This document shows, piece after piece, positions 20,718 to 31,687 of a stretch of DNA of 64,000 nt. Where the stretch lies: NCBI GenBank assembly GCA_964291285.2, contig OZ219788.1, positions 480,001 to 544,000 of the forward strand, in the 5' to 3' direction. Made by a program: the position numbers and the translations under genes. The notes under the pieces were generated by a model. The model worked only from the letters and a program-made list of their open reading frames with translations. It was not told the origin of the DNA and made no database searches. How positions within the stretch are numbered: position 1 is the stretch's first letter; each line of letters begins with the position of its first letter. This stretch comes from Alphaproteobacteria bacterium. GTDB taxonomy: Bacteria; Pseudomonadota; Alphaproteobacteria; Bin95.

Positions 20718-21590
20718 TCGGCAAAACGCATCTGGCCATAAGCCTCGCGATCGCCGCGGCCGAAGCTGGACGGCGCGTCTACTACGGCACGCTCGCAGGG
20801 CTGATCGACTCCCTCACCGAGGCCAAGGCCGCCGGCAACCTGTCCCACCGGCTGCGCGTGCTCACACACCCGGCGCTGCTGGTGGTCGACGAGATCGGCT
20901 ACCTGCCCGTCAACCAGGACGGCGCCGTGCTCTTCTTCCAGCTCATCAACGCCAGGCACGAGAAGGCATCGACCGTGCTGACCTCGAACAAGGGCTTCGA
21001 GGACTGGGGCGGCGTGCTCGGCGACGAGGTCATGGCGGCGGCTCTCATCGACCGCCTGGTCCACCACTGCCACATCGTCAACATCCGGGGGAACTCCTAC
21101 CGGATGCGCGATCATCAGAACCTGCTGCAGTCCGGCTCGGACCGGCGACGCAAGAGGGCCGCCGCGTGATCCCCGCCCGGAGCAAAAACGGCAACGGTGA
21201 CCGCCGCCCGCTATGGATAACCGGGTTGTCGCCGCCAGACTCGCGGCGGTCGCTGCGCCAACCCGGTTACCCAAAGCTCCATCGAGGCCCACACCCCAAG
21301 CACCGTGCCGGGCGAAAGGGATCAAAGACAAAAGTGAGCAATTTTCACTTGCCAAAACCTTCATTGCCGGGCGGGTCGGCCACCCCGTATCATGAAAACA
21401 GGTGCCGGCCGCGCGGGCGGGACTTCGGGCTTTTACGGGGTTGCCTACCGGTCACGGTCCGCAAGACGGGCACCGCAGATGGCGAGTATCGGACGCCTCG
21501 GGAGCAGTGCTCTGGCGGGGAGGGGTTTTTGTGCGCTCAATCCCCAATAATTTTCACGGCAAAATGCGCAATTTTCGGCTGCCATTGACA
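20718..21590 (+). mobile_element. 3' fragment of a second IS21 (partial istB to 21169 plus right end); near-identical inverted copy at 40486-41152
   Basis: GKTHLAISLA...LIDRLVHH matches the copy at 40701-41152. The right end ...CCATTGACA is interrupted by a 203-bp insert. Confidence 0.85.
21358..21560. repeat. 203-bp non-coding repeat, copy 1 (inserted in the IS21 terminal repeat)
   Basis: Reverse complement of 27046-27248, and absent from the otherwise identical IS21 end near 40510. Confidence 0.85.
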
Positions 21591-22105
21591 CCTGAAATCG
21601 AACCGCTTCGCCAACCGTGTGTTCAAGGATGTCGCCGCCCTGAGAGAAGCCTGCCGGACGGCATCGCAATGGCTCATCGAGCAACCCGACATCATCACCA
21701 AAACAACCCGGCGAAGCTGGGCCGTCGCACCATCGTGACGATCCCCACGACCCAATGCATCGGTCTATATGACTTGCGGTTGGTATGATGTTCATTCGAA
21801 CCAGCTGACGGGCTGGCGCCGCCTGGCGCGGGATGGTCGTCTCGTGCTGCTGTCGCTGGATACGGATATGGCGTTTGTGCCGCTGGCGGTGAGTGCGGAG
21901 GGGTCCGGCGTTCCCGCGGCGGTTGGCGAGCGGGTGGAAGTGGTTCTGGAGAGGGTTACGGTCCGTCTGGACGCGGCGGTGCCGGCGGACCGGCTTGCCG
22001 AGATCGTCTCAGCGCTGAACGCGACGTCATGATCTTCCCGTCGAACCGTGTGCGGATCGTCGTCGCGACCAGGCCCGTGGACTTCCGCCGCCAGCATGAC
22101 GGGCT
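21591..22105 (+). mobile_element. Nested IS remnants: IS630 C-terminus (21591-21786), IS66 tnpA 3' part (to 22032) and tnpB 5' part (22029-22105)
   Basis: LKSNRFANRVFKDVAALREAC (IS630); NQLTGWRRLARDG...VRLD (TnpA); MIFPSNRVRIVVATRPVDFR (TnpB). Confidence 0.7.
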
Positions 22106-23310
<1,205 letters not shown>

Positions 23311-23588
23311 CCGGTTAACGCACATCATCCGACCTCTCGACGCTCCGACGCCGCCATCGCTGGGCACGAAAATCCCCATCGCCAGCCTCAATCCGGCACA
23401 CCTTCCGCGCGTATCAGGGAATCGAGAGCCGATATTTCCCAACCTCCTGTTCTTGCGGTGTCCGTTAGAATTCAACGTCGTGGTGCCCAGCAGGGCAAGG
23501 ATCTTTTGCTCCTGCCGGCAGCGCGACCTCGCGATCCCCCGAAAGACGGGGCGGCGCGTCGGGAGGACAGCCCTCGCGGCCGCTCACC

Positions 23589-26381
23589 TCAGCCCAGGAA
23601 GTCGAAATCGGCCTCGGTCAGCTGCGCCGCCCGAATCCCCTCGACCACGATCGAGAAGGTGTCGGCAGGGTCACCGATCACGGTGTCGTTGCCGCTTTGC
23701 TTGATATCGAGATCGGAGAATTGCAGGCTGCCCCTGATGACGATGATGTCCTGCCCGTCTTCGAAGTCGCGGATGCGGTCGGTTTCGGATTCGTTGTCGA
23801 AAACGAACCGGTCGGCCCCCTTACCGCCCATTAGCGTGTCGGTGCCTTTGCCGCCCACCAGCGTGTCGTCGCCGCTCCCGGCGTAGAGGGTGTCGTCGCC
23901 TCTCCCCCCTCTGAGGATGTCGTCGCCGCCGCCGTAGTCGTTGAGCCAATCGTTGCCGTTCCCGGCGTAGAGGATGTCGTCGCCTGCCCCGCCGTAGAGC
24001 ACATCGCCGCGGCCACTGCCATTGAGGGTGCCGCCGAAGTCGCCGTTGGCAAAGTAGTTGAGTACGCCGGGCCGGACGATGAAGTCGTTTCGATCCAAGG
24101 AGTCTGCCGCAACGTCTACCAGGGTGATCGTGTCGCCGTCGCCGTAGCGGATGACGGCATCGGCACCGTCCTGCTCAATCACCAGCGCCGCAAACCTGCG
24201 AGGGGACACACCAATGATGTCGATCCTGTCGCCTCCTCCGAAGTCGGTAATGGTATCATGCCCGTCTCCCGCTGCGAACCGGAAAGTGTCAGCGCCCCCG
24301 CCGCCCGTCAGCGTGTCGGTTCCGGTGCTGCCGTCGAAGAGATCGCGGCCGTCGCCGCCGTTGAGAATGTCGTCGCCGCCCTCGCCGTAGAGGTCGTCGT
24401 CACCCGAGTCGCCGTTGAGAGTGTCGTTGCCAATCCCGCCGAAGAGATCATCATCGCCGACCCCGCCGTTCAGGTCGTCGTCGCCGCGCCCGCCAGCGAG
24501 GTCGTCGTCGCCCGCGTCGCCGTTGAGGGTGTCGTCGCCTCCGCGTCCGAAGAGCACATCGTCGCCTCCGCCACCGTTCAGGGTGTCGTCCCCGTCGCCG
24601 CTGATGTAACAGTCGACGCCGGACCCACCGTTGAAGGTAACGCCATTGCGGGGCAGCGGGTCCGCGGGCTTGCCCATGTCGAACGGCTCATCGCCCGAGG
24701 TGCCCGGGATCGTGTCCGTGTCCTCGCCGCCATCGTTGCCGGCATTCGGATCGCCGCCATCGTTGCCGGCATTCGGATCGCCGCCATCGTTGCCGGCATT
24801 CGGATCGCCGCCATCGTTGCCGGCATTCGGATCGCCGCCATCGTTGCCGGCATTCGGATCGCCGCCATCGTTGCCGGCATTCGGATCGCCGCCATCGTTG
24901 CCGGCATTCGGATCGCCGCCATCGTTGCCGGCATTCGGATCGCCACCATCGTTGTTGGCATTCGGATCGCCACCATCGTTGTTGGCATTCGGATCGCCAC
25001 CATCGTTGTTGGCATTCGGGTCACCACCGTCGTTGTCGTTATCGAGGGGGTTGTCGTTGTCGTCGTCGCTCGTACTGGCACCGTAGGCGGCCTTTTCGTG
25101 ATTGTCGCCGCCACCGCCAGCGGGCAGGATGAAGTCGTTCGCATCCAGACTGTCTGCCGAGACGCCCGACAGCCTGATCGTGTCGCCGCCGCCGTAGCGA
25201 ATGACGGTATCGGCGCCGTCCTGCTCGATGACCAGTGCCGTGAACCCGCCGGATACGCCGTCGAGGCGAATCCTGTCGCCGGCCCCGAAGTCGGTAATGA
25301 TGTCGGCGCCGTCTCCCGCCTCGAACACGAAGGTGTCGGCGCCCTTGCCGCCCCCCAGCGTGTCATCGCCCGCGCCGCCGCGCAGCGTGTCGGCACCCCT
25401 GGCGCCGCGCAGCGTGTCGTCGCCCGCGCCGCCGTCCAGCGTGTCGTTGCCCTTGCCGCCCCCCAGCGTATCGTCGCCAGCCCCGCCGGTCAGCGTGTCG
25501 GCACCCAGGCCGCCATAGAGGAGGTCGTCGCCGGCCCCGCCGGTCAGCGTGTCGGCGCCCCCGTAGCCACGCAGGGTGTCGGCGCCATCACCACCGGTGA
25601 GCGTGTCCGCGTCCTTGCTACCCTTCAGCACCTCCCCGCCAGAAGGCCCGCCGCTCGAGGCATCATCGTCGCCGTCATCGTTGCCGTCCGGCGGCGCACC
25701 CTGTGCAGGAGCGTCCTCGCCGCCGTCCTCCGGCGAGGCTGCCTCGACGGGAAGGAACCGGAAGTCGTCCGCGCCAAGGGAGGCCGCCGTCACGCCCTCC
25801 AGCTTGATCGTGTCGCCGTCGCCGTAGCGGATGACGGTATGGAAGCCCTTCTGCTCGATCACCAGATCCCCGAAACCGCCGGACACCCCGGCGATCTCGA
25901 TGATGTCGCCAGCCTCGAAATCGCCGATGTAATCGGCCCCGTCGCCGACCGCGAACGCAAAGACGTCATGGCCACTGCCGCCATAGAGCGAGTCCGCGCC
26001 CCGGCCGCCGGTCAGCCTGTCGGCGCCCCGGCCGCCTTCCAGACGGTCGTTGCCCGCACCGCCATCGACCGTGTCGTCCCCGTCGCCGCCATACAGCGTG
26101 TCGTTGTCCGTGCCGCCGTCCAGCGTGTCGTCGCCCGCGCCGCCGTCCAGCACATCGTTGCCAGCACCGCCGTCCAGCGTGTCATCGTCCGAGCTGCCGG
26201 GGTTCATGAGGAGAAAGTCCGCGTCGGCTCCCGGGCTTGCGGTTCCGCCCGTCAGCGTGTCGTCGCCGTCGCCGCCCGTCAGGATGTCGTCGCCGAGGCC
26301 GCCCTTCAGGATGTCATTGCCGACGCCCCCCGTCAGGATGTCGTCGCCAGCGCCGCCGGTCCGGGAAATATCCTGTGTCAT
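23589..26381 (-). CDS. RTX/hemolysin-type calcium-binding repeat protein (likely T1SS-secreted surface protein)
   Basis: Dozens of GGxGxDxL nonapeptides, repeated ~60-aa 'DxIxDF...I..EQ.G.DTVIRYG' modules, no N-terminal signal peptide, and a C-terminus of DFDFLG. Confidence 0.85.
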   Translation of the reverse strand: MTQDISRTGGAGDDILTGGVGNDILKGGLGDDILTGGDGDDTLTGGTASPGADADFLLMNPGSSDDDTLDGGAGNDVLDGGAGDDTLDGGTDNDTLYGGDGDDTVDGGAGNDRLEGGRGADRLTGGRGADSLYGGSGHDVFAFAVGDGADYIGDFEAGDIIEIAGVSGGFGDLVIEQKGFHTVIRYGDGDTIKLEGVTAASLGADDFRFLPVEAASPEDGGEDAPAQGAPPDGNDDGDDDASSGGPSGGEVLKGSKDADTLTGGDGADTLRGYGGADTLTGGAGDDLLYGGLGADTLTGGAGDDTLGGGKGNDTLDGGAGDDTLRGARGADTLRGGAGDDTLGGGKGADTFVFEAGDGADIITDFGAGDRIRLDGVSGGFTALVIEQDGADTVIRYGGGDTIRLSGVSADSLDANDFILPAGGGGDNHEKAAYGASTSDDDNDNPLDNDNDGGDPNANNDGGDPNANNDGGDPNANNDGGDPNAGNDGGDPNAGNDGGDPNAGNDGGDPNAGNDGGDPNAGNDGGDPNAGNDGGDPNAGNDGGDPNAGNDGGEDTDTIPGTSGDEPFDMGKPADPLPRNGVTFNGGSGVDCYISGDGDDTLNGGGGDDVLFGRGGDDTLNGDAGDDDLAGGRGDDDLNGGVGDDDLFGGIGNDTLNGDSGDDDLYGEGGDDILNGGDGRDLFDGSTGTDTLTGGGGADTFRFAAGDGHDTITDFGGGDRIDIIGVSPRRFAALVIEQDGADAVIRYGDGDTITLVDVAADSLDRNDFIVRPGVLNYFANGDFGGTLNGSGRGDVLYGGAGDDILYAGNGNDWLNDYGGGDDILRGGRGDDTLYAGSGDDTLVGGKGTDTLMGGKGADRFVFDNESETDRIRDFEDGQDIIVIRGSLQFSDLDIKQSGNDTVIGDPADTFSIVVEGIRAAQLTEADFDFLG
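24726..25034. repeat. 27-bp coding VNTR, about 11 units (NAGNDGGDP/NANNDGGDP)
   Basis: CCGCCATCGTTGCCGGCATTCGGATCG repeated head-to-tail, 8 units of one variant and 3 of another. Confidence 0.9.
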
Positions 26382-27045
26382 CGCGCTCTCTCCTCAACGC
26401 ATGGGTCCATGGCAGGGCATGAAGGCATCCCGCGCCGAAAAGCCGGTTCCGCCCGCCAAAGCGTCGGCTCGCAGAGCGCATCCTGCCCGGCGCTCCCGGC
26501 CGTTGCAATCGAATTCGGCCCGGCGGCAGGCGCACTGTGGCGTTCCCGGCCCTGTCAGGTTTGGACCGGCCTCCGGACGGTTGACACGCTGCCGTCCGCG
26601 ATGGGGTAACCCCAGGCCGCCGTGGTCCGCCAGGCGCTGTAGGTGGCCGTGGGCACGCGCCCGCGCTTGCCCGTCTGAGAGCGGTTGGCGAAGAGCGCAT
26701 TGGTACTGGGGGGCACGGGAATTTCGAGGCAGTGGATACCCGGCGGGAACTTCCCGACCGTTGATCGGGAAGTTACGATTTGTCCGCTGCCTTGGCGGCC
26801 TTGTTCGCTGCCTCGGCGTTGGCCTTCTTTGCAAGCTGCCGCCTGAAAGTGGCGAAGTTCACCTCCGCCTCGGCGTTGGCCTTGTCCTGCTGATTGGCGG
26901 TGGCGGGCGGCCCATCGTTCCACGGCTCAAACAACCGATATGAGGCGTGTGCGCTGTTTGGAAGTGCTTTCTGAGCAAGGCATTGCGGAGGGTCTGGATT
27001 TTTCTTACCCCATCAGGATGGCTGATTTCCGGGGTTTTTGCGGTT

Positions 27046-27248
27046 GCCGTGAAAATTATTGGGGATTGAGCGCACAAAAACCCCTCCCCGCCAGAGCACT
27101 GCTCCCGAGGCGTCCGATACTCGCCATCTGCGGCACCCGTCTTGCGGACCGTGACCGGTAGGCAACCCCGTAAAAGCCCGAAGTCCCGCCCGCGCGGCCG
27201 GCACCTGTTTTCATGATACGGGGTGGCCGACCCGCCCGGCAATGAAGG
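27046..27248. repeat. 203-bp non-coding repeat, copy 2
   Basis: Inverted copy of 21358-21560, with one dinucleotide difference seen (CA/TG). Confidence 0.85.
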
Positions 27249-27401
27249 TTTTGGAGGGAAAGGTTTTGTGGATTTCCCCCCCATGGCCGTGCGCGGGCTG
27301 GTTTTCGGGCGCGTCGCGTTGAGGCGCGGGACTGAGTAGAAGGTGTCGCCATCGGGCCTGCGGCCCTTGTTCCATCCACCGGTGCTGGTTGGGAGAACGT
27401 G

Positions 27402-28023
27402 ATGGCGACAGCGGAGAAGTTACCGTTTTCGTGGCGGTCTGTCGAAGGTCTTCCGGATCTTGCGCGGTTGCGTGTGGTGCTGGAGGTGCTTCCGGACGAG
27501 GAGGTTGTGGCAGCGCTTGAGGCGGGTCGCGGTCGCGGGCGGAACGACTATCCGGTGCGGGCGATGTGGCGTGCGTTGATCGCGGGGATCGTGTTCCAGC
27601 ACGCCTCGATGCAGTCGCTTCTGCGGGAGCTGGGCCGCAACCCGGCATTGCTTGAGATTTGCGGTTTCGAGGCGCTGCCCTTGCAGGGCGCGCCGGTGGT
27701 GGCGCTTTGCGCGGGGCGGGTGGTGAGGTATCCGGCGCCGTTGCGCTCGACGGTGCCGGGCGCCTGGAACTTCTCGCGGTTCCTGGGGCGCGTGGTGCGC
27801 CTTGAGGACGAGCGCGGCCTTGTGTCGGGGATGATCGGGCGCCTGCGCGCATCGTTGTTCGAGGAACTGCCGGACTTCGGTCGCCATCTCGGCTACGACG
27901 GCAAGGCGGTCGGGAGCCATTCGACGGGCCGGGTTGCCGGGGCCAGGGGGAAGACCTCGGACCCCGATGCGGATTGGGGCAAGCACGAGACGGGCGGGGT
28001 GAACGCGAAGACCGGCGCGGCGT
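27402..28023 (+). pseudogene. IS1182/IS5-like DDE transposase, 5' half (split by an integrative element)
   Basis: GRGRNDYPVRAMWRA, CGF and GYDGKAV...DADWG. It joins in frame to WKKVKSWFGYGLHL at 38097. Confidence 0.8.
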
Positions 28024-28405
28024 AAATCTCGAACGTGATTTTTCGAGTTAGGGCACTATCTGACAGAGGGTCGCATTCCTCCCATGAAGGGGGTTTGAAT
28101 ACTGGATATTTTCGGGCATGGCAAGAGGCATTGGCACGAAATCCGACTGACCTACAGGAAGGTTATGAACGCGATAGTGGCACTGGGGGAAGTAAAACAG
28201 TGGCAACGCATTGTTTCCGGGGGGCATTGAGGGTAGCTTTATGCATGAATGCAGTTCTGGCACGAAAAAAGCCACGACCATCGTGGTGATGCACCAAATC
28301 AACCTGTGAGAGGATAAATATGATAACTGATACAGGAAAAACACAAGCACACTTGCCGGTAAAGCACGGAATTCTGATGGCTGCGGCAGGTCCGGGGGCG
28401 TCGTC

Positions 28406-28806
28406 ATGAGCCGGGCTCCGGGGGGTGCCGCACGCAGCATGCGGTGATGGCGACCGCGAACGAGTGGGCGCGCATCAGGGAGCTTGCCGACGAGGCGGGC
28501 ATGGAAATATCGCGCTACATCGTTCACCGGGCCATCATGGCGGAGGCGGTGCCGGCCGTCGTCATGCGGCGCGCGGTGCGCGAACTGCTGGTGCTGCGCG
28601 AACTGCTGGTGCTGGCAAAGATCGAGCAGGAGCGCATGGAGGACCTCGACCTGGGGGACCGCTGGGCCGCTCTCGGCGATGCCGTGGATGCCTGGCTCTC
28701 CCGTGAGGGCGACCTGGACCGTCTGACCGATCCCGGCGCGGCGGCGCGCTGGCAGGCGGTCTCCGTCGGCGCCGATCCGGAGGGCGGCCCCGCGCCGCAG
28801 CCCTGA
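28406..28806 (+). CDS. Small RHH/MobC-like protein 1 (possible frameshift in the G6 run at 28420-28425; alternative start 28447)
   Basis: EWARIRELADEAGMEISRYI RHH-like helices and an 18-bp internal duplication (RELLVL x2). Confidence 0.5.
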
Positions 28807-28813
28807 GGCGGTC

Positions 28814-29143
28814 ATGGCAAGAGTGGTTCGCCGCACCCTGCGCTGCACGGCGGTCGAGAAGGCGGCGATCAGGGAGAGGGCCGAGGCGGCGGGCATGCCG
28901 GTCTCGCGCTTCCTGATAGCCTGCGCGCTGCACGAGGATGCGGGCGGGGCGCCCCGCGAGGAGCCCCGGCTCGTGCTCTCGGAGGAGGAACAGCGGACAT
29001 TGCATGAGCGGGTGGCGCGGATGGACGCCGTCCATCGTGCCTTGCACGAGGCGCTTCCCGGCACGGACCTGTCGCTGTTCGGCGCGATCGCGTTCATCCA
29101 GCGCGCGCTTCGGGAGCGCCCTTCGGGATGGGCGGATCGATGA
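28814..29143 (+). CDS. Small RHH/MobC-like protein 2
   Basis: RRTLRCTAVEKAAIRERAEAAGMPVSRFLIACAL fits the MobC-type RHH pattern. Confidence 0.65.
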   Translation: MARVVRRTLRCTAVEKAAIRERAEAAGMPVSRFLIACALHEDAGGAPREEPRLVLSEEEQRTLHERVARMDAVHRALHEALPGTDLSLFGAIAFIQRALRERPSGWADR

Positions 29144-29589
29144 CGGCGCGCGGTTCCGGCGCGCGGGTGCGGCTGACCATCTCGTGCTCCGACCTGGACT
29201 GGGAGCGAAGCCGGGAGATCGCGGACCGGCGGGGCATTTCGATCAACGGGCACATGATTTCCGCCGGGCTGAGCGTCGAGCTCGACCCGGAGGCGTTGTC
29301 CGGTCCTTCGCTCGTCCTGTCCGGGGCGGAGCAGCGGCTTCTGTTCGACCGGGTCGCGCGCATGGCGGACAGCACCCTGGCGGCGGCGGGCCCGGGCGGG
29401 AGTTCCATCGAACGGCTCCGGCAATCGGTGGAGCTGCTGCTCATGACGGTGCTGCGCGACATGGTCCGGCAGGGCCGGGAGGACGAACTCGGGCCGCTGC
29501 TGGCGGAGACGTTCGGCGCCGACCACGCCCCGGAGATCGAACGGCAGTTCCGCAAATGGATGGAGAACGGGACGCCGCTGTTGGGCTGA
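29140..29589 (+). CDS. Small RHH-like protein 3
   Basis: ATGA overlap with the upstream gene. RLTISCSDLDWERSREIADRRGISI, plus an LVLS..EQR.L..RVARM segment shared with protein 2. Confidence 0.55.
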   Translation: MTARGSGARVRLTISCSDLDWERSREIADRRGISINGHMISAGLSVELDPEALSGPSLVLSGAEQRLLFDRVARMADSTLAAAGPGGSSIERLRQSVELLLMTVLRDMVRQGREDELGPLLAETFGADHAPEIERQFRKWMENGTPLLG

Positions 29590-29745
29590 GCGGCAGTATT
29601 GTCCCTGCGGCGTGCCGATGCTGCTCGATCGGGTTGTTTCGGAAGCGCCGGCGTTTTCGGCCAGCCAGAGCGCTCACTCATCGGCGCCGGCCTCCGCAGC
29701 GGCGCCGCTTCTGTCGGGGTCGCTTCCGGTAAGGGGCAGGACCGC

Positions 29746-30546
29746 TTATCGTTGGGTTCCGGCTGAAAGCGAAGCGCCGGCCTGCGACGAATGTCCCGGC
29801 CTCGCGAGCGTTCGGGCCGCCATCGCCGGGCGCCCGGTTTGCGTCCGTCTCGCCGCCCACAGCGATGCGGGCCGGCCGCGCTCCGGCCGCGCGCCTTGCC
29901 CGGCCTTCGGCGGGGGCTGCGGGGCTCGTTGCTCGAAGGCCCCGCTCTCGCGCACATGGCGCTGGAAATTGCCGGGATCGAGCGAAGCGTTCCAGACGAC
30001 CTCATAAACCCGTCTGAGTTGCCGGATCGTAAACTCCGGCGGACAGAACCCTGCGGCAAGCGCCGTGTGCTCCAGCCCGGAACGAATCCGCCCCAGGGCA
30101 TCCCTGACAATCCGCTCATGGTCGAAGGCGAGGCGGATGGCACCGCTCTCGATGCGCTCCACAGGCACAAGACGGGCCGCAGCAGCGTCCCCGCCACCGC
30201 GCGGGGCCGGCAGGCGGGCGCAAACCGCCCAATAGGCGACGGTAACGACCCGCATGCGCGGGTCCCGGTCCGGGGCGCCGTAGGCGGCCAGCTGCTCCAG
30301 GCGCCAGGCTCCTTCGATGAGTCCGGTCTCCTCCGCAAGTTCCCGGGCGGCGGCTTCCTCCAGATCCTCGTCCGGGCGCACGAAGCCGCCGGGCAAGGCC
30401 CAGGCCCCGGAATAGGGCTCTCCGCCCCGCTCGATCAGCAGCACCTGGAGCGCGTCGTCCCTGACGGTGAACAACGCGATGTCCGCCGTGACAGCGAACG
30501 GCGGGAATGACCTTGCGTCGTATCGGGATGAAGCTTCGGAAACCAT
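29746..30546 (-). CDS. nrtR: NrtR-family regulator (Nudix + winged HTH)
   Basis: WALPGGFV...AAARELAEETG Nudix box, RDPR, LAFDH and the FT...L..VYE...NF wHTH. Confidence 0.85.
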   Translation of the reverse strand: MVSEASSRYDARSFPPFAVTADIALFTVRDDALQVLLIERGGEPYSGAWALPGGFVRPDEDLEEAAARELAEETGLIEGAWRLEQLAAYGAPDRDPRMRVVTVAYWAVCARLPAPRGGGDAAAARLVPVERIESGAIRLAFDHERIVRDALGRIRSGLEHTALAAGFCPPEFTIRQLRRVYEVVWNASLDPGNFQRHVRESGAFEQRAPQPPPKAGQGARPERGRPASLWAARRTQTGRPAMAARTLARPGHSSQAGASLSAGTQR

Positions 30547-30558
30547 CTCTCCAAAATA

Positions 30559-30608
30559 AATTGTTGATTTGACAATATCAAGCACCATATATTGTCTGAA
30601 CAACAATT
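30559..30608. promoter_or_regulatory. Two NrtR operator boxes (GT-N7-AC palindromes) in the divergent promoter
   Basis: aattGTtgatttgACaata (30559-30577) and tattGTctgaacaACaatt (30590-30608) match the NrtR GT-N7-AC core with AT-rich flanks. Confidence 0.7.
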
Positions 30609-30727
30609 AAAAGCGGTGGCCCGGCTTCGATGAATGAAATCGTGCTCGTTCTCAACTTCCTTTCCTTTGCGCTCTCCGGAGCGTTCCTCCTCTACGTCGT
30701 TCTGGCGAGCCTGTGATGGAGACATGC

Positions 30728-31687
30728 ATGACAGTCCTGAACCTGGACGCCGCCGCCGTGGGCGCGCCGATCACGCGGCTCGGCATATCGTTCTTCCCGG
30801 TCTACGCGCCGGGCAACCGGCTGCCGGCGATCGCCACCGGCGAATCCTCCGGGCTGCTGGTGGACGAACTCGACACCGCGTCGGTGGAAGCGTTGCGGGC
30901 GACCAATCCCACTGACAAGCCGGCGCTGGTCGTCGAGGGGGAGCACTTTCTGGGCGGCCTGCAGAACCGCGCGGTCAACGCCACCGTGCTGGTGGCCGCC
31001 ATGTCGAAAGTGGAAATCCCGGTATCGTGCGTGGAGCAGGGACGCTGGGGACGCCGCCAGGCATGGCGGCGCGCCGAGGAGTTTGCGCCGCCCCGCATTC
31101 GGGCGGCACAGCACGCGGGTGTCGTCCGGTCCCTGCGGCGGGACGGTTCGCGCGAGGGCGACCAGGGCGGCGTCTGGCAGGAAGTCGATGCGATGCTGGA
31201 GGAGGAAGGTGTCGTATCAAACACGGTGGCGGCATCGGACCTGAAGCAGGCATACCGGCGGGAATCGTCTCGCGCGGAAGCCGTCGAGGAACTCGTCGCA
31301 GGCGGTCCGCTGCCGGGCCAGTGCGGAATCGTCGTTGCCCACGGCGGCCGGGTGACGGGGATGGACCTGTTCGGCGCGCCGCACCTGCTCTCGGCCCACT
31401 GGGGGCGGCTGGTGCGCTCGCATTATGTCGAACCGGCGCTGGTGGGAGGGCGGCCGTCCCTGGACCGTGTCCTGTCGCTCATCCGGCGTTTCGGACGGGC
31501 ACCTGCGCGGGAAATGCCGGGCGTGGGCCTTGGCGTCGAATATCGCATCCACGCCGGCAGGCTGGCCGGGCAGGTGCTGGCGCTGTACGGTGCGGTGGTC
31601 CATGCGGCCTTCTCGCGGGACGCTCGCAAAGAACAAACCGATCATGGTCGAAAGGGAAGGAACTGTCATGGTTGCTGTCATGGTTGA
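30728..31687 (+). CDS. DUF6569/ARPP-1-like protein
   Basis: GE...GG.QNR..N...LV...IPVSCVEQGRW and Q..VW motifs. GGAG RBS; adjacent to an ADP-ribosylglycohydrolase. Confidence 0.7.
   Translation: MTVLNLDAAAVGAPITRLGISFFPVYAPGNRLPAIATGESSGLLVDELDTASVEALRATNPTDKPALVVEGEHFLGGLQNRAVNATVLVAAMSKVEIPVSCVEQGRWGRRQAWRRAEEFAPPRIRAAQHAGVVRSLRRDGSREGDQGGVWQEVDAMLEEEGVVSNTVAASDLKQAYRRESSRAEAVEELVAGGPLPGQCGIVVAHGGRVTGMDLFGAPHLLSAHWGRLVRSHYVEPALVGGRPSLDRVLSLIRRFGRAPAREMPGVGLGVEYRIHAGRLAGQVLALYGAVVHAAFSRDARKEQTDHGRKGRNCHGCCHG

Noticed and set aside
19097-21169. 690-aa ORF ending in an IstB domain as a novel fusion
   Set aside because: It is the antisense of istA running by chance into a truncated istB fragment across an IS junction.
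24726-25034. Regular 27-bp repeats as a possible CRISPR array
   Set aside because: The units are contiguous with no unique spacers, are in frame within the RTX gene, and there are no cas genes.
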